Source: Candidatus Nomurabacteria bacterium
Lineage (GTDB): Bacteria > Patescibacteriota > Minisyncoccia > Phycocordibacterales > UBA10002
Reading direction: 5' to 3'
NCBI GenBank assembly: GCA_943354745.1
Contig: CALRDB010000001.1
Coordinates: 203-64,202 of the forward strand
Length of the DNA stretch: 64,000 bases
A model generated the notes under the pieces. That model had not been told where the DNA came from and did no database searches. It was given only the letters and a program-made list of their open reading frames with translations. The position numbers were made by a program, and so were the translations under genes. This document shows, piece by piece, positions 36,351 through 46,954 of the stretch (its first letter is position 1; each line of letters starts with the position of its first letter).

Positions 36351-38132
36351 GTGGCACCTTTTTTCAAGAAACATGTAGTAGCGATAGTGTTCGCTTGCGT
36401 AATAGGTGCAATCTACGGACTACCCAACGTCCTATTTGTTCTGTCTTTGGGGGATGTCTATCAAGGTATCCCGATGATGCAAACACCAAATGAAGATGCG
36501 TATTTGGCTCGGATTCAAGAAATTCTCGATGGTCATCCTACGCTCGGTTCACCCTATTTTTTCGAATACAAAGAACAGTGGCCGATTACTCCTCCAACGG
36601 GTGAATTCTTTTACGCGCTTCCTAGTTTGTTGTTCAATCTTTCTACTTCGACCGTTTTGATAGTGAGTAAATTTATTTTACCCGCGATATTATTTTTCTT
36701 AGTTTATTTACTCGTGTTACGTCTTACGGGGGAGGAGGACATATTCAAGAAAAGTAATGCAATTGTGGGCGGTGCATGGGTCGTTCTTGGCTATGACCTC
36801 ATTGATTATCGAACTGTTTTCTCGTATCTCTTGGGGACCATCTCACCTGAATCATTTCTACTCTGGGCGCGGCCGGTTAACCCAATTCTCGGTGCTCTAT
36901 TTTTGTTTTCTTTTTTATTGTTCGTGTTGGCACTTGTCCAAAATACGAAATGGAAAAAGAGCACACTTATTGGGGCGGCCGTTTTTCTCGCACTTATGTT
37001 CGGGAGTTACTTTTTTAGTTGGGGTCTGGCGCTTTCGATTCTCGTCATGCTCGTTGTGATCTGTCTTTTTTCCAGAGAGTATGAGGTTGCGAGGACGCTT
37101 GCGCTCATTGCTCCCTTAGGTGTTTTATTCGCAGCCCCTTATTGGTATGTCGTGTGGCACGCGAGTCAAAGCCCTTGGTACGAAGCGTCGGTGCTTCGAA
37201 GTGGTCTTTTTTTAACGCATTATCCACTTCTCAACAAACTCCTCCTTGTCACCTTTGCGCTCTACCTCACTGTATTGTTTGCTGATCTTTTGTGGAAGCG
37301 AAACAAACATATTGAATATCGCTTCGAGATCTGGCATCGGTTTACGCTCGCTCTTTTGCTTGGAGGTCTATGGGTTTACAGCCAGCAAATGCTGACGGGT
37401 CGGACTCTTTGGCCGTATCATTTCGTCCAATACACCATCCCACTTTCTATGGTGGTCTGCATGGTCTTGCTTTATAACGTTGTACGAAAATGGAGTTATC
37501 TCGTTTGGTCGGCGATGGTTGGTATAATTGCCGTATCGTCCATGTGCTTTGGTGTCTACACACAAGTAAGTACATACAGAGGTTCCTACGCCCGTTACGC
37601 GCACATACAAGGCTATGCACCCTTGTTTGCGTGGCTTAACGAACAAAAGAAAGACTGCGTCGTGCTCCAAATTGACTCTGAGACAGGCATTGGAGGTCTT
37701 GATGTGGCCATCCCCGCCTTTACACATTGTAATTTGTATAATTCAGCAACCGCACCTTCGCTTTTACCAGAGGAACGAATTTGGCATAATTACTTTGTCC
37801 GCCTTTTTATGAACGGGGTTACTCCAGCGACACTTACCTCATATCTAGATGGTCATCTTTCTGAAGAGCGCACGTATCTTTCTTCTAACTGGAAAGGAAT
37901 CTTCGGTGTCAGAGAATTTCCGGACTTTAGTGACCCCTTATTGGCAAAACGGCTCATGATGGTACCCGAAAAATACCGAGAATTTTTCGGGAAAGAAATT
38001 GTAGCAGAGCTCAAAACATATCGTCTCGACTTTATCGTATCTGTTGGTCCTTTGGCGGAAATGGTTAAGAAGCGGTTGCCGGGTGTTACGCTAGTACAAT
38101 CATTTAATGACGTGCTTCTCTATAAGCTTTAA
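36351..38132 (+). CDS. Polytopic membrane protein, probable GT-C glycosyltransferase
   Basis: Acidic NEDAY motif in the first extracytoplasmic loop, more than 10 hydrophobic segments, soluble C-terminal domain. Confidence 0.6.
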   Translation: MAPFFKKHVVAIVFACVIGAIYGLPNVLFVLSLGDVYQGIPMMQTPNEDAYLARIQEILDGHPTLGSPYFFEYKEQWPITPPTGEFFYALPSLLFNLSTSTVLIVSKFILPAILFFLVYLLVLRLTGEEDIFKKSNAIVGGAWVVLGYDLIDYRTVFSYLLGTISPESFLLWARPVNPILGALFLFSFLLFVLALVQNTKWKKSTLIGAAVFLALMFGSYFFSWGLALSILVMLVVICLFSREYEVARTLALIAPLGVLFAAPYWYVVWHASQSPWYEASVLRSGLFLTHYPLLNKLLLVTFALYLTVLFADLLWKRNKHIEYRFEIWHRFTLALLLGGLWVYSQQMLTGRTLWPYHFVQYTIPLSMVVCMVLLYNVVRKWSYLVWSAMVGIIAVSSMCFGVYTQVSTYRGSYARYAHIQGYAPLFAWLNEQKKDCVVLQIDSETGIGGLDVAIPAFTHCNLYNSATAPSLLPEERIWHNYFVRLFMNGVTPATLTSYLDGHLSEERTYLSSNWKGIFGVREFPDFSDPLLAKRLMMVPEKYREFFGKEIVAELKTYRLDFIVSVGPLAEMVKKRLPGVTLVQSFNDVLLYKL

Positions 38133-38136
38133 GAGT

Positions 38137-39126
38137 ATGGATATAGTTAAGAAAAAATTACGACAAGTGCTCTCTTTTAATAAACCAATTCAGGCTCTCA
38201 TTGAGGGAGTCGTTCTGGTTTACCTGCTCCAAAAGACAAAAAACAATATTGAAGACAATAAGAATAGACATATACGAGTTCGGATACTTAGGCGCGGAAT
38301 CGAGAAATTAAAAAAGGCAATGTCGGATGTTCATTACAAACAGGGAATCCTCATTGTAGGCGAAGAAGCCTACGCGTCTTTTGAAGGCATTTTCCTCAAT
38401 GTTCGCGGTACGAACCGGTATCTTAAAGTGACAGGGGATGCTTTTGGTAACGAAGGGAAGCCGATACTTGATTTTCTGCGCTCAAAAGGAGTCGAGGTTG
38501 GTACAATGATTGATCTAGGAGCTAACTTTGGGGAGATAAGTTTGTACATGAGTAAACAGTATCCGCGTGCGAAGATTTTGGCTGTTGAGGCGTCGCCAGA
38601 TAATTTCCGACTTTTGGAATCAAATATTCATTTCCAGCAATTTTCCACCGTGAATCTCTCGCTTCTTTGTGAAGCTGTGAGTGATCGAAAGGGTTTCGTA
38701 GAGATAACTAAGGGAGTAAATCCTGAAAACATCATCGCGCACCCCAGCATCCATCTTAAGGAATCAGATCTTGGGAAAAAGATAGAAACAGTCCGCGTCC
38801 CCTCTGACACACTGGAGTCAATCATGTCCCGTTTTAACTTTACCACGCTCGATTTCCTGAAGGTTGATATCGAGGGTTCTGAGCCACTCCTCTTTGAATC
38901 ACTTCGAATGTGCGCTCGAAAGATTCGAGCCATACTCATTGAGGTGGGGGATAAGGCGGATCACCACACGTACCTTCCGCTTATGCGGTTTTTATTCGCG
39001 GAATATCATGTAGCCTACGATGCTGGGACAGGAAGCAAATGGACATCATTTGAATCGTTTGAAAAAAGTATGTTATCTTCATATGCACAGGATATTTGGT
39101 TTGTTCGGGAAGAGAAGAAACTTTAA
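38137..39126 (+). CDS. FkbM family methyltransferase
   Basis: IDLGANFG, AVEASPDN, LDFLKVDIEGSE. Confidence 0.88.
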   Translation: MDIVKKKLRQVLSFNKPIQALIEGVVLVYLLQKTKNNIEDNKNRHIRVRILRRGIEKLKKAMSDVHYKQGILIVGEEAYASFEGIFLNVRGTNRYLKVTGDAFGNEGKPILDFLRSKGVEVGTMIDLGANFGEISLYMSKQYPRAKILAVEASPDNFRLLESNIHFQQFSTVNLSLLCEAVSDRKGFVEITKGVNPENIIAHPSIHLKESDLGKKIETVRVPSDTLESIMSRFNFTTLDFLKVDIEGSEPLLFESLRMCARKIRAILIEVGDKADHHTYLPLMRFLFAEYHVAYDAGTGSKWTSFESFEKSMLSSYAQDIWFVREEKKL

Positions 39127-39181
39127 GACCGCTTTTTGAGTTACAAGTTGGTACTATGGGCATTTCTAGCAGATTGTACGT

Positions 39182-40303
39182 ATGGAACAGAACATAAAGA
39201 AAACAAAATTGGCCTCCTCCCGCAAAGGTAAAAAGGCACTCCTTACCGGAGTAACGGGGCAGGATGGTTCGTATCTCGCCGAACTACTTTTAGAAAAAGG
39301 GTATGAAGTGTATGGCCTCCAGCGGCGTGCCAGTATGCCGAATACCTTTCGTGTGGACCATCTCACTGGCGAAAAAAATGGGGACCGTTTTTTTATGACA
39401 TACGCCGACCTCTCTGACAGCTCAAATCTGCTTCGTGTCATTAATAAAGTACAACCCGATGAAATTTACAACATTGGCGCGCAGAGCCATGTGGGCGTGA
39501 GCTTTGATATCCCCGAATACACCGCGAACATTAATGCACTCGGTCCACTGCGGATTCTCGAAGTCCTTAGGAACCTCCACCTTCCCGCAAAATTTTATCA
39601 AGCAAGCTCTTCTGAAATGTTTGGTGACGTACTTGAAACACCTCAGAAGGAAACGACGCCATTCAATCCGCAGTCGCCGTACGGTCTTTCAAAAGTATTT
39701 GCGTTCCATATCACGAAAATTTTTCGTACCGGATACGGTATTTTCGCCTCCAATGGAATTCTCTTCAATCATGAGTCGCCACGGCGTGGATTCAACTTCG
39801 TAACTCGTAAAATCACCCTTGGCCTTTCCCGCATCAAGCTCGGTCTCTCGGGAGAACTGCATTTGGGAAATCTTGATGCGAAGCGGGATTGGGGCTTTTC
39901 TAAAGATTACGTGGAAGCAATTTGGTTGATTTTGCAGCATGAAAAGCCGGATGATTTCGTTATTGCGACGGGGGAAACGCACTCGGTCCGCGAGTTTGTT
40001 GTGGAAGCAGGGAAGCATCTTGGTATGGATATTGAGTGGAAAGGATCAGGTATTAAGGAGATTGGCATTGACTGTAAAACAGGGAAGACAGTTATTCGGA
40101 TTGATCCACAATATTTCAGACCGAATGAGGTCAATTTTCTGCAAGGTGACTCCTCAAAAGCGCGGAAAATGCTCGGCTGGAATCCGAAGACAACTTTTAG
40201 TGCCCTTGCCAAACTAATGGCGGAAGAAGATTTGCATTACGTTGAGCGTGAATCATCGCTTGGACGGCAGGATGTTTCGGCACGAAAGTTCTCCGTGAAG
40301 TAA
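39182..40303 (+). CDS. gmd: GDP-mannose 4,6-dehydratase
   Basis: [56 protein letters not shown]. Confidence 0.96.
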   Translation: MEQNIKKTKLASSRKGKKALLTGVTGQDGSYLAELLLEKGYEVYGLQRRASMPNTFRVDHLTGEKNGDRFFMTYADLSDSSNLLRVINKVQPDEIYNIGAQSHVGVSFDIPEYTANINALGPLRILEVLRNLHLPAKFYQASSSEMFGDVLETPQKETTPFNPQSPYGLSKVFAFHITKIFRTGYGIFASNGILFNHESPRRGFNFVTRKITLGLSRIKLGLSGELHLGNLDAKRDWGFSKDYVEAIWLILQHEKPDDFVIATGETHSVREFVVEAGKHLGMDIEWKGSGIKEIGIDCKTGKTVIRIDPQYFRPNEVNFLQGDSSKARKMLGWNPKTTFSALAKLMAEEDLHYVERESSLGRQDVSARKFSVK

Positions 40304-40317
40304 GTCGGTCTCACAAA

Positions 40318-40698
40318 ATGGAACATATCAGTTACAAAGGAGAACTTGTCGCAATACTCATTCGTTCCTATTCGCATGGGTCACATCCTGTTACGGCTCC
40401 CGGGGAAGTGTTACAGATGATGACAATTAAGCGCGAAGCGGGGGAGAAAGTGACACCGCACCTCCATGTTCCTCGGGAAAGAATAACCGACCGTCTTTCA
40501 GAGTGTTTAGTTGTTCAAAAAGGAAGAATTAAGGTCAGTCTCTATGGAGATGACGTAGGGCCATTTACCGTGGTGGAAGTAAGGGAGGGGGAGGCCATTT
40601 ATATCCGTTCTGGCGGTCATGCCGTTCAGTATCTTGAACCGACTGAGATACTAGAGTTCAAAAACGGACCGTATGAAGACGATAAAAGAATGATCTAA
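40318..40698 (+). CDS. Cupin-fold protein typical of polysaccharide loci
   Basis: PHLH...ECLVVQKG...GGH...EFKNGPY metal-binding pattern. Confidence 0.7.
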   Translation: MEHISYKGELVAILIRSYSHGSHPVTAPGEVLQMMTIKREAGEKVTPHLHVPRERITDRLSECLVVQKGRIKVSLYGDDVGPFTVVEVREGEAIYIRSGGHAVQYLEPTEILEFKNGPYEDDKRMI

Positions 40699-40710
40699 TC
40701 TATCTTCTGT

Positions 40711-41892
40711 ATGCGTGTCTGCATTATTACAACGAAGTATAACTTCAAGACCTCTGGTGGTTCCGTCGGTGATATTGATTTGCGCGCGCGAGTTCTCACC
40801 AGCCTCGGTCATAAAGTTACGGTCGTCAGTGCGTTTTCAAAATTCAATAGCGACCTTCCCGAGTTTCCCTATCGTTTCCTGGCGGATGAGATTGGAAGCG
40901 CAGGCCTTCTTGGTATACAAATAGGGATATACCGTCTCCTTAAGAAATACGAATACGAGGTAGACATTTTCCATGTGGATGGGCAAGTGTTTCTCTACGG
41001 CGCTGGTCTGTATCGCCTTCTTGGGGGGAAGGCGAAGGTTCTTGGGTTTTTTAATCACTGGCCGAATGCTTGGGCCGATGAGACGGTGGGAGTTACTCAG
41101 AGGATAATTCCGATGTTGCGACCGATTAAGGCGATCAAGAAGCGAGTACGTTTTTTTCTTGAGCGATGGTTTGGGGTCCCCCTTGCCAACTATATGGATG
41201 TTATTATCTACAATACGCCCCCGCTTGCAGCAAAATTCATGAGTTTCGGATTCAAGAAAGGAGATATACTTCCGGACTTTGTTGATACCGAAGGATTGCG
41301 CAAGCAAGAGGATATGGATGTGGAAAAGATTCTCTCCCGGCAAAATCCTTCCGGAGGAATTATCACCTTATTATGTGCCGGTAGGATGTTGCCGGAAAAA
41401 GGGTTTGATATGGTTGTCCGCGCGTTTGCTCAGATTCCTCATAAAGAGAAGTACCGAGTTATTTTAAGTGGTACGGGACCGGAATTCAATTCTCTTAAAA
41501 AACTTATTTCCGACACACATCTTGAGGCGTTCTTTCAGATGCCTGGTTGGGTGGAAAGGAAGACGTTGCTTGGTTTTTTTCGTAAAGCACAAGTTTTCAT
41601 CTTTCCGAATTGGTGGCCGGAGTACGGAGCGATAGTTCTCGAGGAAGCGATGTCGTTCGGTTTGGCTAGCATTATCCCAAGCGGGGGGGCCCTTGAATGG
41701 CTTTCCGGGGGGACCGCCCGTACTTTTAAAAACAGCAGTGTAGATGATCTGGCTCGAGTGATTCAAACCCTCGGAGACAATGTCGGCTTAAGAATTACTA
41801 CAGCCCAAAACGGATTTAAGCACAGTGCCTCACTTGATTATCGGATTCTTGGAGTAAGACTAGAGAAGATACTCCAGTCATCTGTGGCTTAA
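40711..41892 (+). CDS. Glycosyltransferase family 4 (stop codon supplied by the IS end)
   Basis: AGRMLPEKG, GTGPE, EYGAIVLEEAMSFG. Confidence 0.88.
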   Translation: MRVCIITTKYNFKTSGGSVGDIDLRARVLTSLGHKVTVVSAFSKFNSDLPEFPYRFLADEIGSAGLLGIQIGIYRLLKKYEYEVDIFHVDGQVFLYGAGLYRLLGGKAKVLGFFNHWPNAWADETVGVTQRIIPMLRPIKAIKKRVRFFLERWFGVPLANYMDVIIYNTPPLAAKFMSFGFKKGDILPDFVDTEGLRKQEDMDVEKILSRQNPSGGIITLLCAGRMLPEKGFDMVVRAFAQIPHKEKYRVILSGTGPEFNSLKKLISDTHLEAFFQMPGWVERKTLLGFFRKAQVFIFPNWWPEYGAIVLEEAMSFGLASIIPSGGALEWLSGGTARTFKNSSVDDLARVIQTLGDNVGLRITTAQNGFKHSASLDYRILGVRLEKILQSSVA

Positions 41893-42478
41893 TGGTACTT
41901 TTGTAAGGCTACAAGGCTCCGCCAAGTAATGTTTTAACCATCTTCATTTTTTGATCACGGGACAAACCCGCATGTACGGCGATTGAGTTCTTGATTTTCG
42001 TAAATGAACCGTCAAGTGAATTGGTGGTATTTGGGATATTGAGTTCGGGGTAACGTTCAAACGTGAACAAATACGGCAGATGCCGTTTAATGCTGTCCCT
42101 CGCGCTCCGTAGTTTTCGGTGCGTGTAGGTGTATCGGTTACTTTTTTCATTCAAACTCTTTTCTTTCAGGAACGTCTCCCACTTTTCCGAACGATGATAG
42201 TTTCTCGTTAGTGTCGCTACGGTTGCGTACTGAAAACAAAAATCAAACCAGAGCTTCTTTCTGATTCGAGAGAGGATATCCTTCTTCTTGGTTACTTGAA
42301 ATTGAGTGTTGCACCGGAGGCATTTGTATCCTTGTATACCTCGAAAAAATCCATTCTTTTTTACCAACAACGCCTCACAGCGAGGGCAGGAAATCGTTTT
42401 TTTTGCTCATGCTATTCAAATTACGGCTTACTAAAAGCCTATGTTAGCATTCCAGCCTTACAAAAGTACCATTAAGCC
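41886..42478 (-). mobile_element. Internally deleted IS256-like element (593 bp)
   Basis: Perfect 25-bp terminal inverted repeats at 41886-41910 and 42454-42478; 8-bp direct repeat TCATCTGT at 41878-41885 and 42479-42486. Confidence 0.9.
41909..42410 (-). pseudogene. Truncated Zn-finger-type IS256-like transposase
   Basis: N-terminal CPRC...CLRC joined to C-terminal YTHRKLRSA...LPYLFTF...IPNTTNSLDG; central catalytic region absent; the ATG at 42410 is out of frame across an A8 run. Confidence 0.75.
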
Positions 42479-42534
42479 TCATCTGTTGCCTTGGGCTCAC
42501 ACACCTAAACGGGTAGTGCTTCTGGCTCGTGGAA

Positions 42535-44037
42535 CTATAAATATGCTTTTTGCGCAATGAGGTCAGCAAGAGGCTCTAGTTCATGGGCACGCTTTTTGAG
42601 TGTTGAACCACCTTCGATATCCCAGATTTGAACGAGGTCAACGTCGACACTAGCCTTGAACACGGCGGTTAAGTAGTCAGTTAATTCTCTTTCGTTATGG
42701 ATGAATGTTGCTAGATGTTCTTTTATTGTCTCGGCAAGAAATTCTGGCGCGATGCATTTTCGAGCCATCGATAGTTTATTGTAGGGAACATCGCCGAAAG
42801 TGATAACTGGCTTTTTAAATAGGAGTGCTTCCCAGCCGACGCTGCTTGAGATTGTAATAATCAATTTAGCCCGTGCAATCAAATCATAACTGACGACCGT
42901 GGGGGATAGCAGTCTTACGTTGGGAATCTTCTTTAGTTCCTTGTAGTATCTGCGGGATCGTTTCCCGTACATGGTTGGGTGTTCTTTCACACACAACACG
43001 TAATCGATCGGTAGCGACTTGGCGATTTGCCTAGCCAGCCATAGCTGATCGGTATAAAACGGGGCGAAAAGAGCAGTGGAATTTTCGGGTTCAAGTTGAA
43101 GCGGGTAGAATACGAAATTCTGATCCAAAGTAAGGGTGTCGTATAAATCATCAAAACCAATAAATACGCGCACCTTCTGTCTTATTTTATCGATAAAAAA
43201 ATGCCACGGCGTTATTGTACTATAGTCGCCACGTTCGGCGCCGGCCAGGTATTGGTAGGTACTAACAAAAAGCCACTGAATCGAACGCCAGAAATTTCGG
43301 GGCAAAAGAAAGCTAAATTGACGTTTCCTGTTTATGGCTCGAGTGTTGGGCGATTCACCCAACGTATAGGGGAAAGGGCTCTTTCGAAAACGCTGTAAAA
43401 ATTTTTCTGCTTCCTCGCGTTCCTTTGGGAAGTCCATTCCCCGATTTTTTATCTTTTCAAAGAATTCATCCACGTCCGATAACGTTTTGTAGTCGTCAGT
43501 TATCGAATGTTTTGTTCCGATTCGAGTAAGAGTGATGATTTGTATCGGAATGTTCCGCTTTTTGGCGATGCTGTACAGCAGGTAGCTACTTAGCGAACAT
43601 ACAATAGAGAAAATAAGTACATCGGGTTTTTCTTCATCAAGGAACTTGAGCACCGCTTTAGCCGTGCGCTGTAATATTTGTAGCATTTCTTCGTGGGAGT
43701 ATTTCGGTGTATCGTGAGGATATTGGCGCACATGCTGACCGTGGCGGATAATGCGGTCAACTTCAATATGTGGCCACAGGTAGGGAATGCCGTAGTCTTT
43801 TTCCAACTGTTTGAGGAATGCCCAATCGATTATTTCGTCTTTGTAATTTCGCAAAACATCTTCTTCTAAGACGAGTTGTGTGTAAGAAATCTCCTTCTGT
43901 TGATTCAGAAAATCAAAGCTCCGGCGCGTCTGCACGAAACCACAGAATTTTGCGGTTGGATGTTTGTGGTAGATTGAACAGGCGAGTGAGTGCGCGATGA
44001 GTGCAAATCGCCGTTGCATGAAAAAGCAAAGTTTCAT
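42535..44037 (-). CDS. Capsule-biosynthesis (KpsS/LipB-like) protein, candidate ulosonic-acid transferase
   Basis: FYPLQLEPE, VKEHP, ITISSSVGWEALLFKKPVITFG...Y. Confidence 0.78.
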   Translation of the reverse strand: MKLCFFMQRRFALIAHSLACSIYHKHPTAKFCGFVQTRRSFDFLNQQKEISYTQLVLEEDVLRNYKDEIIDWAFLKQLEKDYGIPYLWPHIEVDRIIRHGQHVRQYPHDTPKYSHEEMLQILQRTAKAVLKFLDEEKPDVLIFSIVCSLSSYLLYSIAKKRNIPIQIITLTRIGTKHSITDDYKTLSDVDEFFEKIKNRGMDFPKEREEAEKFLQRFRKSPFPYTLGESPNTRAINRKRQFSFLLPRNFWRSIQWLFVSTYQYLAGAERGDYSTITPWHFFIDKIRQKVRVFIGFDDLYDTLTLDQNFVFYPLQLEPENSTALFAPFYTDQLWLARQIAKSLPIDYVLCVKEHPTMYGKRSRRYYKELKKIPNVRLLSPTVVSYDLIARAKLIITISSSVGWEALLFKKPVITFGDVPYNKLSMARKCIAPEFLAETIKEHLATFIHNERELTDYLTAVFKASVDVDLVQIWDIEGGSTLKKRAHELEPLADLIAQKAYL

Positions 44038-44167
44038 TTTTGGAAATCCTTATAAAACATTGTATGCTAGTATCAGGTTGACTGTATATCAAACTGTTCC
44101 AGCAGTCAAAAAGTTCTGCTGGCCAGGGGTTAAAACAAGCCATTATTCACTCTAAAATATACGAAAC

Positions 44168-44863
44168 ATGAACAAACATAGTAATTTCCACATAAAGAAA
44201 GATAACGTCTTCGAGGTCAAGGAACTATTCAAGGATATTTCTAAGTTGGTGAAGGTGAAGTACAGGAATAAAACGAGTGAGCTTGATATTTTGGATTTGG
44301 GTTGTGCGTCTGGCGAATTGGCCTACTTCCTCAAAAATGATTTGCAAAGCTCTGGAAAAGTGTGGGGTTTAGACATTTCTCGAGAATTGATAAAAAACGC
44401 CAAACAACGCTTTGGCGGATCTAATGTAAAATTTTTTGCTGCAGACGCTTATAATTTTAAGACCGATGTAAAATTTGATGTGGTGACTATGACATCGGTT
44501 CTTTCTTATTTTGACGATCCTTTCCCAGCTATAAAGAATTTGCTCAATCTTTTAAAAGATGATGGTATCGCTGTAATATCCGGCATCTTTAATCCTTGGA
44601 ATATAGACGTTAAGTTGAACTTTAGGGTTCAAGGTGACACAGGGTGGGAGAATTTTCATCAGTTTTCTCTAAGTCGTATTCAGAAATTTATAACTGATGC
44701 CGGCTACGTCTGTAGGATTTCGGAACAGATTATGCCGTTTGATATTCCAATGAAGGAAAATCTTCTCAGATCCTGGACGGTAAACTTGGACGGTAACAGG
44801 TATATGATGAACGGGCTACAGTTGGCCTACAACATTCGTATACTTCAGATAACAAAAAAATAA
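44168..44863 (+). CDS. Class I SAM-dependent methyltransferase
   Basis: ILDLGCASGE, GLDIS, FDVV. Confidence 0.85.
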   Translation: MNKHSNFHIKKDNVFEVKELFKDISKLVKVKYRNKTSELDILDLGCASGELAYFLKNDLQSSGKVWGLDISRELIKNAKQRFGGSNVKFFAADAYNFKTDVKFDVVTMTSVLSYFDDPFPAIKNLLNLLKDDGIAVISGIFNPWNIDVKLNFRVQGDTGWENFHQFSLSRIQKFITDAGYVCRISEQIMPFDIPMKENLLRSWTVNLDGNRYMMNGLQLAYNIRILQITKK

Positions 44864-44875
44864 GAGAATATTTCT

Positions 44876-45424
44876 ATGTTTTTAAAAGAATGTATACAGC
44901 GGATTCGCTTTTGGCGTCGAGCTGACCGTATTGGTCCAGACATGCCGTGGACACACTGGCGACTCTTTTTTCCTTCAAGGATGAAGAATCTTTGTCAGAA
45001 AAGATTTCGTCACTTTGACCCGACTGCTGAAATACGCCCTGGTTCCTACATCCTCGCTTGTTCCAAGATAAGTATCGGTAAGCGCGTAGTTGTTCGTCCT
45101 GGCAGTGTATTTGAGGCCGATCCGCGAGAAGGTGAACACGGGATCACTATTGAGGATGATGTGCTTCTTTCTCCCGGAGTACACCTCTATGTGAATGACC
45201 ATGCGTTTGAAGATACAAGTATGCCAATCTTTGACCAAGATCATAAGCCATCTAAACCGATTACGATCAAACGAGGTTCGTGGATTGGTGCCAATGCTAT
45301 TATTTTGGCGGGAGTGACGATTGGAGAGAACAGTGTTGTGGGGGCGGGGAGTATCGTTACTAAAAATGTACCGCCTCGCGTTGTAGTGGCGGGTAGCCCC
45401 GCCAAGATTATACGTGTTCTGTAG
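44876..45424 (+). CDS. Hexapeptide-repeat acyltransferase
   Basis: WIGANAIILAGVTIGENSVVGAGSIVTKNVP...GSPAK. Confidence 0.9.
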   Translation: MFLKECIQRIRFWRRADRIGPDMPWTHWRLFFPSRMKNLCQKRFRHFDPTAEIRPGSYILACSKISIGKRVVVRPGSVFEADPREGEHGITIEDDVLLSPGVHLYVNDHAFEDTSMPIFDQDHKPSKPITIKRGSWIGANAIILAGVTIGENSVVGAGSIVTKNVPPRVVVAGSPAKIIRVL

Positions 45425-45447
45425 TCTTCATCCTTTCTCGTTATCCA

Positions 45448-46209
45448 ATGAAAGATATCCGAATCATTCCACTTCTGCACATCAAGAGCGAGAACGTCGT
45501 TAAACCCGTGCATACCGAAGCTCTTCGGGTCGTGGGTTCTCCGAAGTCACTCTCGACACGCTATTACGCGGAAGGCGCCGACGAGCTCATTTATCTTGAT
45601 GTTGTCGCCAGTTTGTACCAGAGGAATTTTGATTTTGAGCTTTTGCGCAGTGTGACCGAGAATATATTTATTCCCGTGACAGTCGGTGGAGGCATCCGCT
45701 CAATTACCGATATAAACAATGCCTTGCGAGCCGGCGCGGATAAGGTGGCTATCAATACATACGCTGTACGCCACCCTGTCTTTCTTAAAGAAGCGGCAAA
45801 AGAATTCGGATCTCAATGCATAACGCTGTTCATCGAAGCAAAGCAACGTCCAGATGGTTCTTATGAAGTGTACACCGACGGTGGACGTGAGTGGACCGGT
45901 AGTGACGCAATCGAGTGGGCGAAGCAGGCGATCGATCTCGGAGTCGGTGAGATTCTTATATCCTCCATCGACCGCGACGGAACGAAGCGCGGGTATGACG
46001 TAGAACTGATACGAAAAATAAGTACATTTGCCCCCATCCCCATCATTGCTCACGGTGGAGCCGGTACCAGCGAATCGATACGTGAAGTGATCTGTGAAGG
46101 AAAAGCGGACGCAGTAGCCGTTTCCTCGGTGTTTCACTACGGAGAACTCTCAATCCAGAATGTAAAACGATATTTGGTCGAACGGGGGATTGCGACAAGA
46201 GAAATATAG
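45448..46209 (+). CDS. hisF: HisF-like cyclase subunit of a glycan amidation/amidination system (WbuZ-like)
   Basis: GADELIYLD...ASLYQR, PVTVGGGIRS, GADKVAINT, SIDRDGTKRGYD; lies next to an N-acetyl sugar amidotransferase. Confidence 0.85.
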   Translation: MKDIRIIPLLHIKSENVVKPVHTEALRVVGSPKSLSTRYYAEGADELIYLDVVASLYQRNFDFELLRSVTENIFIPVTVGGGIRSITDINNALRAGADKVAINTYAVRHPVFLKEAAKEFGSQCITLFIEAKQRPDGSYEVYTDGGREWTGSDAIEWAKQAIDLGVGEILISSIDRDGTKRGYDVELIRKISTFAPIPIIAHGGAGTSESIREVICEGKADAVAVSSVFHYGELSIQNVKRYLVERGIATREI

Positions 46210-46282
46210 ATATTGTTTTCTGCTGATTCGCGCACTTAGATTTCACGATTATTCAAGAAGCGGAAGAAAGTAAATACACAAC

Positions 46283-46918
46283 ATGAATCACCGAATAGTC
46301 ATCATTGATTACGGAGTCGGCAATCTTTTCAGTTTGCAACGGGCCTTTCGCGCCGTTTCGGGTGAGGCTCTGATCGCGAGTGATGTTGATACGATATACT
46401 CTGCGGACGCGCTGGTCCTTCCGGGGGTCGGGTCATTTGAAGCGGGTATGCGGGGACTGCGGCTCCGCGGGCTGATTGATGTTGTTAAAAATGCCGCTAC
46501 GAAGGGCACGCCTATACTCGGTATTTGTCTGGGCGCTCAACTGCTTCTTTCTGAGGGACATGAGTTCGGTGTGCATCAAGGACTCGATATTATTCCTGGG
46601 AAAGTACTTAAGTTTGAAGGACTGACGCAAAATGAAAAAATCCCGCATGTCGGTTGGAATAACATCTCCCCGCCTGAGGAAGTAACGTGGAAGGGGACTG
46701 TGTTAGATCTCGTCGAGAAGGCTTCCAAAGTGTATTTCGTACACTCATATATCTTGGCACCGAGAAACAAAGAACATACATTCGGGTTAACAACTTACGG
46801 TGGTAAAGAGTTCTGCTCGATAGTCAAGAAAGGTAAGATAATTGGGGTGCAGTTTCATCCTGAGAAAAGCGGAGAAACAGGACTGCGAATCATTAAAAAT
46901 TTTGTTTCAGCCTTGTAA
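46283..46918 (+). CDS. hisH: HisH-like glutamine amidotransferase (WbuY-like)
   Basis: IDYGVGN, LPGVGSF, GICLGAQ, PHVGWN, YFVHSY, QFHPEKS. Confidence 0.9.
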   Translation: MNHRIVIIDYGVGNLFSLQRAFRAVSGEALIASDVDTIYSADALVLPGVGSFEAGMRGLRLRGLIDVVKNAATKGTPILGICLGAQLLLSEGHEFGVHQGLDIIPGKVLKFEGLTQNEKIPHVGWNNISPPEEVTWKGTVLDLVEKASKVYFVHSYILAPRNKEHTFGLTTYGGKEFCSIVKKGKIIGVQFHPEKSGETGLRIIKNFVSAL

Positions 46919-46954
46919 TAAGTCGACCGGCTTTGGAGTTATAATGGATGCCAT

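Noticed and set aside
45448-46918. Histidine biosynthesis operon
   Set aside because: Only hisF/hisH paralogues are present, next to an N-acetyl sugar amidotransferase; this is the known glycan amidation trio.
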